Numbered from the stretch's first letter, positions 49,792 to 60,535 are shown. The stretch is DNA of 64,000 nucleotides from Pedobacter sp. (GCF_041645105.1 NZ_JBAZQQ010000011.1:37884-101883), one strand, 5' to 3'. The notes: generated from the letters alone by a model not told the origin. Translations and numbers: made by a program.

Positions 49792-49827
49792 AAAAAGGGA
49801 TACAGTTAAAAAACTGCACCCCTTTTT
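49792..49827 (-). terminator. Terminator hairpin after the mini-SusC-like gene
   Basis: aaaaaggg..cagtt-aaaa-aactg..cccttttt imperfect stem with a T run on either strand. Confidence 0.6.
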
Positions 49828-49848
49828 GCTATAAAACATTTTTACCTT

Positions 49849-51873
49849 TTAAAAGCTAGCATTTAAAGCAATACCAACTGTTTTAGATAAAATAACATCA
49901 TTTACATATCTTTTATCTAGAACCAGGTTTCTGGCAACAAGACTTATATTCAGATCTTTTAGTTTTTTATCGGAAATCTGATCTTTAAAGTTATAGCCAA
50001 ATGATAAATAATTTAAATTGATAAAAGTAGCTTTTTCACTCCGCAATAGAACCATGTTTCCAGAATAATCAGGGCTGATTACAGGATGATTAAAATAAGC
50101 ACTACCATTTAGATTCAAAGAAAAGTTATCATAAGAGAAATGCTGTTGCATACCTGCTTGAAGTACAAGTTTAAAATCAACATTAGAATTCAAGTCCACC
50201 TGATTACCTGAGACCATTTTAGTTTTATTCTTAAAGAAATTCAATCCAGTATTCCACCTAAATAAAGCATTTTTAAAAACATCTGCTGATCCCCAAACTC
50301 TCCACCCGCTATATGCTACTCTAGCTTGAACCACCATTGTCTCAAACCCATTACCAACCGAAGGTATACTTACGCTTATAAAGGCATTATTATCATTTTT
50401 ATACCAATCAGCTGAGAGCTTTAATCTATCAAAAAATATAGTCTTCAGACCAAAGTTCCGCACTTTTACTTTATCTAAATCATCATTTAAATTCGCATTG
50501 ATAAACATATTAGCGAATTCGTCAGTAATACCTATCATGTTAGATTCAGTAATTAAAGGGACAAATGAACGATATTCACCATAAGATCCAAACAAGCGAA
50601 TTTCATTCACCTCATTTACATCTTTTAGTAAAACCTGTTTAAAATTCAAATCAGCATAGAAAAATGGTGCATAAATAGCTTTTGTCAATGATTTTTTATA
50701 CTTGTCTGAACGAACACCACCTTTTAAGAACAAAACATCATAAAAGTTAACAGAAAGATCACCTACAAGTGTGTAATACTCAAGCCAACTTTTAGTTAAA
50801 TTCTCAAATGAATTTGATTGTTGTCCATTAAAAAAACTCTTAGATACCACTTCGTAATCTGAATTGAATTTATGGTACTGAAAATTTGCTCCAGCTTTAA
50901 ATCTGATCTTATCTTCATCTACGTTAAAACAATAACTTAAATCATCCTGAAAAGACAAATATTTATACTTGCCACTCCTCAATTCGTTTGAATGAGACTC
51001 CGCAGTATAACTGGTATCATAATAACGAGAGGTTTCAGTATTCAAGCCTTGATCAACGACTGTTTTCCCTTTTAAGACTTTAATTTCATTTATCAAACCC
51101 TTAACCGGTTTGACATTCATATAAAATGTACCATTCCAAACATCGTGTTTAATTTTAGCATGAGAATTCATTGTACTAGAATTAGCAAGCTGAATATTAC
51201 CTATTTCCAGACTTCCTTTAACAGGGGCATAATTTGCATTCAATCCAAGATCTAACCATTTTAAGGGTGAAAACCGTAAATCTCCATTCAATTGAAATTG
51301 TCTGGTAAAATCATAACCTGTAATGTTTCTGGTCCCACTGTTAAATCCAGCAGATACACGCCATGAAAATTGATCTAGTCCTTCCGATAAAGCCACATGA
51401 TAGCTTTGCAGCATGCGGTCTTCCTTATTAACCAACTCTTTCTTATAAAAGTTGTTTCCCAATACCGTATTTACATCTAACCTTAGCGGCTGCTTCAATT
51501 TAGCTGTCTTTGTAGTAATTAAAATTACTCCATTAGGTGTTTCGTTCTGAATACCAAGCTTAGCATTTAAACCTCCGCGGTAATAAGCAATCTGTTCTAT
51601 GTTATTAATATTAATTGCATCAATGCTTTTCCATACAAAACCATCTACAATAAATACAACCTGAGATTCCAAATTCGTAGTATTGATATGGTCTATTCCC
51701 GGCAGTCTCCCAATTAGCATTTCACTTAATTGTCCACCAGGGAAATTCTTCAGTTCATCCCCTTTGATTATAAAGTCTGGATGTTCCATCCAAGTATTTT
51801 GACCTGATATATCTTGCGCACTCGCAACAAAAGTAAATATCATTGCGAAAAATGATAAGAGCGTTATTTTCAT
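49849..51873 (-). CDS. Divergent, shortened SusC-like TonB-dependent receptor (plug plus reduced barrel)
   Basis: Signal peptide from ATG 51873; plug-like FIVDG...INNIEQI...NGVILITTK; alternating beta-strand patterns; C-terminal Phe (ALNASF). Only about 674 aa, with no N-terminal extension domain. Confidence 0.7.
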   Translation of the reverse strand: MKITLLSFFAMIFTFVASAQDISGQNTWMEHPDFIIKGDELKNFPGGQLSEMLIGRLPGIDHINTTNLESQVVFIVDGFVWKSIDAININNIEQIAYYRGGLNAKLGIQNETPNGVILITTKTAKLKQPLRLDVNTVLGNNFYKKELVNKEDRMLQSYHVALSEGLDQFSWRVSAGFNSGTRNITGYDFTRQFQLNGDLRFSPLKWLDLGLNANYAPVKGSLEIGNIQLANSSTMNSHAKIKHDVWNGTFYMNVKPVKGLINEIKVLKGKTVVDQGLNTETSRYYDTSYTAESHSNELRSGKYKYLSFQDDLSYCFNVDEDKIRFKAGANFQYHKFNSDYEVVSKSFFNGQQSNSFENLTKSWLEYYTLVGDLSVNFYDVLFLKGGVRSDKYKKSLTKAIYAPFFYADLNFKQVLLKDVNEVNEIRLFGSYGEYRSFVPLITESNMIGITDEFANMFINANLNDDLDKVKVRNFGLKTIFFDRLKLSADWYKNDNNAFISVSIPSVGNGFETMVVQARVAYSGWRVWGSADVFKNALFRWNTGLNFFKNKTKMVSGNQVDLNSNVDFKLVLQAGMQQHFSYDNFSLNLNGSAYFNHPVISPDYSGNMVLLRSEKATFINLNYLSFGYNFKDQISDKKLKDLNISLVARNLVLDKRYVNDVILSKTVGIALNASF

Positions 51874-52097
51874 GTAAAATATTTTTTGAGCAAAAATAGG
51901 AATATTCACCACATATCATAAAGTTTTATGCTTATCCTTTATTTACAACCACAGTATTCTGTATGGCACTTCGAAGAATTATATTTTGCATATACTTATA
52001 GGTAATATCATCTTCCAAATTTTATGAAGGTTTGCTTAAGAAAAACTGCAGATTGCTCTGATTTTCTAAAATTGTAGATTACCGTTATATTTCATGA

Positions 52098-52105
52098 TAG
52101 CTTTG
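52098..52105 (+). promoter_or_regulatory. -7 promoter element upstream of the Rpn-like pseudogene
   Basis: TAGCTTTG, 21 nt upstream of ATG 52127. Confidence 0.5.
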
Positions 52106-52126
52106 TTGAAACCTTAACCAGCAAAA

Positions 52127-52761
52127 ATGTCAGAACAACAAGATTTTACGACGGAATACCTTACCCGCAATGGATAACAGAATGCTATCTTACCGGGTAA
52201 TGCTCCGGCGCAAATATCAACTTCCGGTAAAGCAATACGTGATCTTCTGGCAAGACCAAAATCAACCATGCCATATGTCATTAATGAAGAGCATTTACAG
52301 TTCCAATATCATTTAATTGCATTACAGCAATATAGCCATAAGCTATTTTTAAACTCCCCGATACCAGAACAGAAACTGATGGCAATATTTGGTAACTTTG
52401 AAGAAGAAGCACCTGTCGAAGTGATTAAAAAAATATTACAGGGAGTAGAAGAGCAAGGCAATGGAGCATTAAGTAAAAATCGATATAGAGAACAATTAAG
52501 AGGATTAATACAATTACGTAAACTGGGTAAAGAATTTAAAATAGCTATGGGAACGATCACAAAATTTAAAGTTGAAAAAGATCCTTTTTATCAGGATGGG
52601 ATAAAAAAAGGAACTGAAAAAACTGAAGCACGGAAAAATCACGATTTTGTAGAGAACTTGATACTAGAACTGAATTTATCTGATGAAAAAATAGCGCGTA
52701 TTGTAGAAGTATCAGATGAATACGTAAAAAAATTCGCAAAGAAATTGCTTCCAGAAAATAA
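52127..52761 (+). pseudogene. Decayed Rpn/YhgA-like (PD-(D/E)XK, putative transposase family) gene with frameshifts and a probable internal deletion
   Basis: Pieces in successive frames: MSEQQ / KILRRNTLPAMDNRMLSYRVMLRRKYQLPVKQYVIF / LARPKSTMPY...RYREQLRGLIQLRKL...DPFYQDG...NHDFVENLILELNLSDEKIARIVEVSDEYVKK / IRKEIASRK-stop (52759-52761). Family assignment is from recalled Rpn-like C-termini, not a search. Confidence 0.65.
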
Positions 52762-53403
52762 AAGCATCATATTATTTTATCAAATCCGCTGGATCAATTC
52801 GTCATCATAAAGGATTTATCTTTCCTAAATACTCCCTGTTTGCTGCCTTTTATCATTTAAGGAAACCACATGTATGGGACCTAATATCCCACTTCTTTAT
52901 TCTTGCCATGATTAATTGATTTAAAGTTTTTATTAGATTTTTTTGGGATTCGTCAGGAGACGAATAGTACCTTCTTAAACTATTTTTATACTGCTTCTGT
53001 AAGGAATTACTATGAGTTGGATTTTCCCGAACAAAGCAGAGCGAGAGAGCAAGGAGGTCCCTCTTAAATTCGACTTTGCTATTAAGCTGAATACCGCCAT
53101 CCTATAAGCCTGACATTCATCCAAAAAAATGTTAAAAAAAGTTTTTCTTCTGTTATGTTTTTGATTCATAACCCAAAAGTAGGATGAAGAAAAAACGGCT
53201 TGTCGCAGGACGTCCCGATATGACGGTTTATGTCGTAATTGTCGTAATAATAACTTTGTTACACAATCACACCTCACAAAATATTAAATAACGTGAGTTC
53301 AGATAGAAATGTAAGACAGCGAACTTGTAGGAGCAATAATAGGGTTATAATAGTATTAACATCAAAACCAGCTGATGGAAATATAAGTGAAGGATAGGCT
53401 ATA

Positions 53404-54972
53404 TTAGTTTGTATTCTGCAAGGTACTTGCGTTTCCATCTCTGATAGCCTGGTAATGTGGCGACATAATCTCTATCCCTGCTGCATCAAAAGCCATGTGA
53501 ATATTTTTATGAATTTCGGAATAAATAGCTGGCATCCGCTTAGGGTTGTTGATATAAGCATTCAACTGATAACACACGTACCAGTCTTCCAATCCGGTTT
53601 GCAATACAAAAGGCTGTTTCTCTTTAATCACTCCTTCAGAAGCCATTGCTGCACCAATTAACAATTCATGAATCTGATTCCATGGAAGGTCATAACCTAA
53701 GGTGACAGTGGTGTGGATAATCAAGTCATCCTGATTTGCCATACTACTATAATTCACAGTATTACCACTTAATATAGCACTATTAGGAATAGTAATCAGT
53801 TCATTTTTAAAGGTTAGCACCCTAGTTACCAACAATGACTTTTCCTGAACTGCTCCTGTTGTGTCACCAATCTTCACAATATCTCCTATTTTAAAAGGGC
53901 GCATATAAGTAATCACCATTCCTGCTACCCCATTACTTATAGCGGATGAAGAACCAAAGGAAATCAACAGTCCTAAAAACACAGAAACCCCCTTAAATAT
54001 TCCAGAATCCGAACCTGGTATAAATGGCCATATAACTACTATCATAAAAGCATTTAATACTAGTTTAACTATATTATATGTTGGCCTTGCCCAGTCAGCA
54101 TAGAAGCCATTGATATTAAGTCTTTCTGATTCTATTTCAGTTGCCAGAAATTTAATTGCCTTTTTAAGGTAATGAAATACCAGTACAACAACCCCTATGG
54201 TAATCAAATCAGGAATAAAAGCTATAATTGCGCTAAATATATTTTTCAAGGGGTTGAGTACAAAACCTATCAAACTATCACTCCACGGTTTGGTCCATGG
54301 GAAAAGTCTGAACACAATAGGCAAAGTCAGATAGACAAGAATAAATATTATGAATACTTTAATAAGATTAAGCAGCTTACGAATAATAAGCATTTCAGTT
54401 CTGCTATTAATCAGCTCATAATTTTTGATTTTAAAGCCTGAAATTTTTGCGTGTAACTTAACCCTTAACCAGGCATTAAAACGATTCGAGTATTTATTCA
54501 GGAAAAATATACACATCCCCAATATTGAAATTATTAGAAGACCAAGTGCCGCACGCTTTAACAGCTCCGTTACATCAGTCTCCTTTTTATATTTATCTAT
54601 ATTATTCAGGATAATTTCCTGGTAAGCTTTAGCCATCACCTCCCTATCCATCTTTACAGAATCTGCATCTGCCTGTGACAAACTCAATATCACATTACCC
54701 TTATAAGCGACTGCGATCAGACTTGAATCACGTTCAGTAATTAAAGAATCAGGTACAAAAAGCATATCTTCAGCTAATTCTTCAACTTTTGTGGACGTTC
54801 TCTCTGCTCTTTCTGCGGCAGACAAAGAGCCCAGTTTATTTTTAACAAAAAACAATGTATCCGAATGAGCCACAACAGGATATCCCTTAAAAATAGCTGT
54901 TTCGGTTTGGGCATAAGCTAAATTGTAAATGATAGTTAGAACTACAAAAACAAGCAGAGATCGTTTCGACAT
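53404..54972 (-). CDS. mscS: MscS family mechanosensitive channel with a large N-terminal periplasmic domain
   Basis: [39 protein letters not shown]. Confidence 0.93.
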   Translation of the reverse strand: MSKRSLLVFVVLTIIYNLAYAQTETAIFKGYPVVAHSDTLFFVKNKLGSLSAAERAERTSTKVEELAEDMLFVPDSLITERDSSLIAVAYKGNVILSLSQADADSVKMDREVMAKAYQEIILNNIDKYKKETDVTELLKRAALGLLIISILGMCIFFLNKYSNRFNAWLRVKLHAKISGFKIKNYELINSRTEMLIIRKLLNLIKVFIIFILVYLTLPIVFRLFPWTKPWSDSLIGFVLNPLKNIFSAIIAFIPDLITIGVVVLVFHYLKKAIKFLATEIESERLNINGFYADWARPTYNIVKLVLNAFMIVVIWPFIPGSDSGIFKGVSVFLGLLISFGSSSAISNGVAGMVITYMRPFKIGDIVKIGDTTGAVQEKSLLVTRVLTFKNELITIPNSAILSGNTVNYSSMANQDDLIIHTTVTLGYDLPWNQIHELLIGAAMASEGVIKEKQPFVLQTGLEDWYVCYQLNAYINNPKRMPAIYSEIHKNIHMAFDAAGIEIMSPHYQAIRDGNASTLQNTN

Positions 54973-54985
54973 AGGTTATTTATTT

Positions 54986-54993
54986 TATATTTG
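54986..54993 (+). promoter_or_regulatory. -7 promoter element directly abutting the pdxJ start
   Basis: TATATTTG ends 3 nt before ATG 54997. Confidence 0.55.
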
Positions 54994-54996
54994 TGC

Positions 54997-55716
54997 ATGG
55001 CACATCTATCCGTAAATATCAATAAAATAGCTACGCTTCGCAATAGCCGTGGCGGTAATAATCCCGATCTTGTAAAAGTTGCTTTAGACTGTGAGCGCTT
55101 TGGTGCTGAAGGCATAACCGTACACCCCAGGCCTGATGAGAGACATATACGTTATCAAGATGTTTATGATTTAAAAGCTGTGATTGCTACAGAATTTAAC
55201 ATTGAGGGCAATTGCAGAGAGCAGAAATTTGTTGACTTAGTATTAGCAAACAAACCAGCACAGGTTACATTAGTACCAGATGCAGATGGACAAATCACAT
55301 CCAATCATGGCTGGGATACCATAAAACATACCGATTATTTAAAGGAAATGGTATCCATCTTTAAATCTGCAGGTATTAGGGTTTCGATCTTTGTTGACCC
55401 TGTAGTAGAAATGATTGAAGGCGCAGCAATTACTGGTACAGACAGAATTGAATTGTATACTGAAGCATATGCTCAAAATTACTTCGGTAACAGAGAAAAA
55501 GCTATTTTACCTTATGTTGCAGCTGCCCATAAAGCGAATGAACTGGGTCTAGGAATCAATGCCGGCCATGATCTTGATTTACATAACCTTAAGTATTTTG
55601 CAGAAAGCATCCCTGGACTCCTGGAAGTAAGCATTGGTCATGCATTAATTAGTGACGCTTTATATTTTGGCCTTGAAAACACCATACAAATGTATCTGCA
55701 AAAGTTAAAACACTAA
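54997..55716 (+). CDS. pdxJ: Pyridoxine 5'-phosphate synthase
   Basis: [57 protein letters not shown]; ATG 54997. Confidence 0.97.
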   Translation: MAHLSVNINKIATLRNSRGGNNPDLVKVALDCERFGAEGITVHPRPDERHIRYQDVYDLKAVIATEFNIEGNCREQKFVDLVLANKPAQVTLVPDADGQITSNHGWDTIKHTDYLKEMVSIFKSAGIRVSIFVDPVVEMIEGAAITGTDRIELYTEAYAQNYFGNREKAILPYVAAAHKANELGLGINAGHDLDLHNLKYFAESIPGLLEVSIGHALISDALYFGLENTIQMYLQKLKH

Positions 55717-55728
55717 ACAGAGTAAACT

Positions 55729-56292
55729 ATGAAAGCACATATCCCTTTGTTCCTTTTATTACTGATTTTTATAAGCAGTTGTGGAAACAATGCAGTCCTG
55801 GAACAATCTGCTGCTTCTGACATTGTTGCTGCTTATCTAAAATCGAATCCTGTGTATGAATCGGAAAAGATAGATCTTGGAGAGATTAAATTCAAAAGTG
55901 GTTCAGACAAAAAAGAGCTGGCTAAGTTCAAAGAACTTAGTAACAATGGATATATAGAGATGCAGTTACAAAAACAAAAGAAAAAATTCCTGTCTAAAGA
56001 CAGCTCCTATGTTTATATGATTACGCTGACAGACAAATCAAAACCTTACGTGTTAAAACAAGAGCAAAACAAAGCTATTGTAAAAGTAATGGAATATGTA
56101 TTGGACAATGACAAGCCTGCAACCTTAGATAAGGTAGGAAATAAAACGGCCAAAGTAACGATCATGCTTAAAAAACAACAAAATTCTTTTACCGTTTTTT
56201 ATAAAGACAAAAATACAGGCAGCAATTTCATCACTAAAACCTACAAATTAAAATATAATAAAAAGGAAGGCTGGGCAGTAGCCGGGGAATAG
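55729..56292 (+). CDS. Hypothetical lipoprotein
   Basis: Lipobox ISSC after a hydrophobic core; Lys-rich soluble domain; no recognisable catalytic motif. Confidence 0.75.
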   Translation: MKAHIPLFLLLLIFISSCGNNAVLEQSAASDIVAAYLKSNPVYESEKIDLGEIKFKSGSDKKELAKFKELSNNGYIEMQLQKQKKKFLSKDSSYVYMITLTDKSKPYVLKQEQNKAIVKVMEYVLDNDKPATLDKVGNKTAKVTIMLKKQQNSFTVFYKDKNTGSNFITKTYKLKYNKKEGWAVAGE

Positions 56293-56350
56293 CCTATTAA
56301 TTCTTACCTATTTATGAAGTGTTTTGACTGAAGCTAAGGGTATTTTTTAT

Positions 56351-56358
56351 TACCTTTG
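56351..56358 (+). promoter_or_regulatory. -7 promoter element for gcvP
   Basis: TACCTTTG, 24 nt upstream of ATG 56383. Confidence 0.55.
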
Positions 56359-56382
56359 CGCAACTTTTTATTCATACACTGC

Positions 56383-59259
56383 ATGAGCTTAAATATTCAT
56401 TACCAAGAGAACTTTAAAGACCGTCACATTGCACCTAACACACAGGACACCAATGCAATGTTAAACACCATAGGAGTTAAATCTATTGACGAACTAATTG
56501 AACAAACAGTTCCTCAATCTATCAGATTAAAACAGCCATTAAATTTACCAAAAGCTAAATCTGAGACTGATTACCTGGCTGCGTTGAAACAAACAGCATC
56601 TTTAAATAAAGTTTTCAAATCTTATATTGGTCAAGGTTATTATGATACGATAACCCCAGGAGTGATATTACGTAATGTAATGGAAAACCCAGGATGGTAT
56701 ACCCAATATACCCCTTACCAGGCAGAAATTGCACAAGGCCGTTTACAAGCCTTATTAAATTTCCAGACTACAGTAATTGACCTTACAGGTATGGAAATTG
56801 CAAATGCATCTTTATTAGACGAGGGTACTGCTGCTGCTGAAGCTATGTTCATGCAATACAGCTTGCGTAAAAACCAGGTGGCAAAGAAATTCTTTGTTTC
56901 TGAATTGTTATTCCCTCAAACGATTGATATTCTAAAAACCCGTGCCAATCCTTACGGTATTGAATTGGTTATTGGTGATCACCAGTCGTTTGAACTTACT
57001 GAAGAGTTTTTTGGTGCAATCATCCAATACCCTGCAGGTAATGGTGAAGTGTTTGACTACAGGACTTTTGCTCAAAATGCACACACTAAAAACGTAAAGG
57101 TTACAGTTGTAGCCGACTTAATGAGCCTTACCTTATTAACTCCTCCTGGAGAATGGGGTGCTGATGTTGTAGTAGGTACAACTCAGCGTTTTGGAATTCC
57201 AATGGGATTTGGTGGCCCACATGCTGCTTACTTTGCGACAAAAGACGAATACAAACGTTCTATTCCGGGCCGTATTATTGGGGTAACAATAGACAGCAAT
57301 AACAATTACGCTTTGCGTATGGCATTACAAACGAGAGAGCAACATATCCGTCGTGATAAAGCTACTTCCAACATTTGTACTGCACAGGCATTGTTAGCGA
57401 TTATGGCTGGTTTCTATGCAGTTTACCATGGTCCAAAAGGATTAAAATTAATAGCAGAACGCACACATGGTCTTGCCGTTACTCTTGCTACATCTCTAGA
57501 GAAAATAGGATACAAACAACTAAACAAATCTTATTTTGACACAATACAATTAGATTTAGGCAGCTTAGTTGACTCAATACACAGAGAATGTATAGACAAC
57601 GAGCTTAATTTACATTACAACGGCAGCATTGTTACCATTGCAGTAGATGAGACTACTTCCTTTGAAGACATTAAATTACTGACTAAAATCTTTGCTAAAG
57701 TAAAAGCTGTTGCAGCTGATGCAGTAGAGATTGAAGATAAAAATATAAAGTCTGTAATCCCTACAGCTTTACAACGTACTTCTGATTACTTAACACATCC
57801 AGTATTCAATTCGCACCATTCTGAACATGAGATGTTGCGCTATATCAAATCACTGGAAACTAAAGACCTTTCACTTTGTCATTCAATGATTGCCTTGGGT
57901 TCATGTACAATGAAGCTAAATGCAACTACTGAAATGATTCCCGTAACCTGGCCAGAGTTTGGAAAAATGCATCCATTTGCACCTGCAGATCAAGTTTTAG
58001 GTTATTATAATGTATTTAATGAGTTGAACAAATGGTTAAGTGAAATTACTGGCTTTGCAGCTATGAGTTTCCAACCAAATGCTGGTGCTCAAGGCGAATA
58101 TGCAGGTCTAATGGTTATCAGAGCTTATCACCAGGACCGTGGTGATCATCACCGTAATATTGCTTTAATTCCTTCATCTGCTCATGGAACCAACCCTGCT
58201 TCTGCAGCAATGGCTGGAATGAAGATCATTATTGTTAAATCTCTTGAAAATGGAAATATTGATGTTGATGATTTAAGAGAAAAAGCTGAAGCAAACAAAG
58301 AGAATCTTTCCTGTTTAATGGTTACTTACCCATCTACACATGGTGTATTTGAAGAAAGCATCATCGACATCTGTAACATCATCCACGAAAATGGAGGACA
58401 AGTTTATATGGATGGAGCAAACATGAATGCTCAAGTTGGATTAACTAGTCCTGGTCATATTGGTGCAGATGTTTGCCACTTAAACTTACATAAAACATTC
58501 TGTATTCCTCACGGAGGTGGTGGTCCGGGCATGGGTCCTATCGGAGTTGCAAAACACCTGGTTCCTTATTTACCAGGACATGCGGTAGTTGACATCAACA
58601 ATGAGAAATCTATCCACGCAGTATCTTCTGCGCCATGGGGTTCAGCTTCAATATTAATTATCTCTCATGCTTATATCGCAATGATGGGTGCTGAAGGATT
58701 AACTAACGCGACAAGATATGCGATTACCAATGCCAATTATATGAAAGCGCGTTTGGAACAGCATTATCCAGTACTATACTCAGGAGCTAACGGCCGTTGT
58801 GCACATGAAATGATCCTGGACTGCAGAGGTTTTAAAAACTTTGGAATTGAAGTGGTTGACATTGCTAAACGTTTAATGGATTATGGCTTCCATGCACCTA
58901 CAGTATCTTTCCCTGTAGCTGGTACATTAATGATTGAGCCTACTGAAAGTGAGCCTAAGCATGAACTGGACCGCTTCTGTGATGCCTTAATCGCAATTAG
59001 AAAAGAGGTTGCAGCAGTTGAAAGTGGGGAATTAGATAAGTTAGACAATCCATTAAAAAATGCACCACATACAGCAGCAGTTGTTACTGGTAATGATTGG
59101 AACCATAACTATAGCAGACAAACAGCTGCTTTCCCACTACCTTATGTAGCTGCCTATAAATTCTGGCCTTCCGTAGGTAGAGTAAATGATTCATATGGAG
59201 ACAGATCATTAGTTTGTGCTTGTCCTCCAATTGAAAGTTATCAGGAAGATTTCGCTTAA
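56383..59259 (+). CDS. gcvP: Glycine dehydrogenase (decarboxylating), glycine cleavage P protein
   Basis: [57 protein letters not shown]-lysine [17 protein letters not shown]; ATG 56383. Confidence 0.99.
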   Translation: MSLNIHYQENFKDRHIAPNTQDTNAMLNTIGVKSIDELIEQTVPQSIRLKQPLNLPKAKSETDYLAALKQTASLNKVFKSYIGQGYYDTITPGVILRNVMENPGWYTQYTPYQAEIAQGRLQALLNFQTTVIDLTGMEIANASLLDEGTAAAEAMFMQYSLRKNQVAKKFFVSELLFPQTIDILKTRANPYGIELVIGDHQSFELTEEFFGAIIQYPAGNGEVFDYRTFAQNAHTKNVKVTVVADLMSLTLLTPPGEWGADVVVGTTQRFGIPMGFGGPHAAYFATKDEYKRSIPGRIIGVTIDSNNNYALRMALQTREQHIRRDKATSNICTAQALLAIMAGFYAVYHGPKGLKLIAERTHGLAVTLATSLEKIGYKQLNKSYFDTIQLDLGSLVDSIHRECIDNELNLHYNGSIVTIAVDETTSFEDIKLLTKIFAKVKAVAADAVEIEDKNIKSVIPTALQRTSDYLTHPVFNSHHSEHEMLRYIKSLETKDLSLCHSMIALGSCTMKLNATTEMIPVTWPEFGKMHPFAPADQVLGYYNVFNELNKWLSEITGFAAMSFQPNAGAQGEYAGLMVIRAYHQDRGDHHRNIALIPSSAHGTNPASAAMAGMKIIIVKSLENGNIDVDDLREKAEANKENLSCLMVTYPSTHGVFEESIIDICNIIHENGGQVYMDGANMNAQVGLTSPGHIGADVCHLNLHKTFCIPHGGGGPGMGPIGVAKHLVPYLPGHAVVDINNEKSIHAVSSAPWGSASILIISHAYIAMMGAEGLTNATRYAITNANYMKARLEQHYPVLYSGANGRCAHEMILDCRGFKNFGIEVVDIAKRLMDYGFHAPTVSFPVAGTLMIEPTESEPKHELDRFCDALIAIRKEVAAVESGELDKLDNPLKNAPHTAAVVTGNDWNHNYSRQTAAFPLPYVAAYKFWPSVGRVNDSYGDRSLVCACPPIESYQEDFA

Positions 59260-59295
59260 CAATTAGGTAACGAAAAAAATATCATAGATCAATTT

Positions 59296-59361
59296 AACCA
59301 GTCAAACCTTTTGATACATTTGCTGTCATATACAATGTATCAAAAGGCCATGACTGGTTTT
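59296..59361. terminator. Long inverted repeat between gcvP and yceI (terminator and/or operator)
   Basis: aaccagtca / ccttttgatacatt - 13 nt loop - aatgtatcaaaagg / tgactggtt: perfect 14 bp and 9 bp stems. Confidence 0.7.
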
Positions 59362-59383
59362 TCATTTAAAAAAATCTAAAACA

Positions 59384-59971
59384 ATGAAATTAAAACTTAC
59401 ATCCTTAGCACTACTCCTGGTAGTTATCGCAACTTCTGCTTTTAAAGCACCTGTAAAACCTATCACCTATAAAGTAGATGCTTCACAATCAACACTTACC
59501 TGGATTGGCAAAAAAGTAACTGGAAGCCATAATGGTACAATTGCTTTACAATCAGGAAGCCTTTTATTTAATGGTAAAAACTTATCTGGGGGAAACTTTG
59601 TAATTAACATGACTACAATTAAAGACGCTGATAAAAGTGAGAAACTGGAAGGCCATCTAAAAGCTGACGATTTCTTTGGTGCTGATAAATTTGCGACTTC
59701 TACTTTCGTTATTAAAAAAGTTGCCGCAGCGGGAAAACAAGTAAATGTAACAGGAGACCTGACTATAAAAGGCATAACCAATTCAATTACTTTTCCAGCT
59801 AGTGTAGTGTGGAATGCAGATGGTTCTGTAACAGCAATTGCAGAAAAGGTAATTGTTGACCGTACTAAATATGGCATTAAATACAGATCTAAGGGTATGT
59901 TCCCTGATGTTGGAGACAAAATGATCTATGATGATTTTGAACTGAGCATTAAGCTAGTAGCTAAAAAATAA
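59384..59971 (+). CDS. yceI: YceI family periplasmic lipid/polyisoprenoid-binding protein
   Basis: Signal peptide; WIGKKVTGSHNG, HLKADDFF, GDLTIKG, DRTKYGIKY. Confidence 0.92.
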   Translation: MKLKLTSLALLLVVIATSAFKAPVKPITYKVDASQSTLTWIGKKVTGSHNGTIALQSGSLLFNGKNLSGGNFVINMTTIKDADKSEKLEGHLKADDFFGADKFATSTFVIKKVAAAGKQVNVTGDLTIKGITNSITFPASVVWNADGSVTAIAEKVIVDRTKYGIKYRSKGMFPDVGDKMIYDDFELSIKLVAKK

Positions 59972-59997
59972 GGAGCTATTTAGCTCAACTTTACTAT

Positions 59998-60026
59998 AGG
60001 CTGCACCATTTATTATGATGCAGCCT
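59998..60026 (+). terminator. Terminator after yceI
   Basis: aggctgca-ccatttattatga-tgcagcct followed by a T-rich tract. Confidence 0.65.
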
Positions 60027-60130
60027 TATTTATTTTAATAAAAAATAAAAGCTAACCATATAAACCTAATTTCCGACATATTTTATAACTTTATGTCCAT
60101 ACCCATTTTTGGATAGGGACCAAACAAATT

Positions 60131-60535
60131 ATGATGGATAATATAATTAACCTTCTCGTTATTGATGACGATGATATTAACATCTTTATTATTAATAAAA
60201 TCGTTGAAAAAACAGGCTATAATGTAAAAATGGTATCCAAAGCAAATGGCTTACTTGCTATTGACCATTTAAAAAACACAATAGATCAGAAAGACTTTCC
60301 AGATCTTATTTTAATAGATATTAATATGCCCATTTTAAATGGATGGGAATTTCTTGATGCTTATGAAGAGCTGCATATTTCAAAAAATATAGACATGTAC
60401 ATGCTTTCTTCATCTGTATATGAGAATGATATAGAAAAAGCAAAGACCTATTCAAAAGTTAAAGGCTTTATCTCTAAACCCTTATCTATAGAACGATTAA
60501 TAGAACTCTTTAATGAACTTCAACTGGCAAATTAA
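60131..60535 (+). CDS. Stand-alone response regulator receiver protein
   Basis: VIDDDD, LILIDINMP, MLSSS, SKPL; no output domain. Confidence 0.93.
   Translation: MMDNIINLLVIDDDDINIFIINKIVEKTGYNVKMVSKANGLLAIDHLKNTIDQKDFPDLILIDINMPILNGWEFLDAYEELHISKNIDMYMLSSSVYENDIEKAKTYSKVKGFISKPLSIERLIELFNELQLAN

Noticed and set aside
52975-53277. 100 aa minus-strand ORF in the intergenic gap
   Set aside because: No signal, motif or credible initiation context; the composition looks random and it runs antisense to the promoter-like element.
44797-53392. TAAGTGAA near both ends of the accessory block as possible att or target-site repeats
   Set aside because: Only 8 bp in AT-rich DNA, with no integrase or tRNA; expected by chance.
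56293-56382. Glycine riboswitch upstream of gcvP
   Set aside because: The leader after the -7 element is only about 20 nt, with no aptamer-like sequence.
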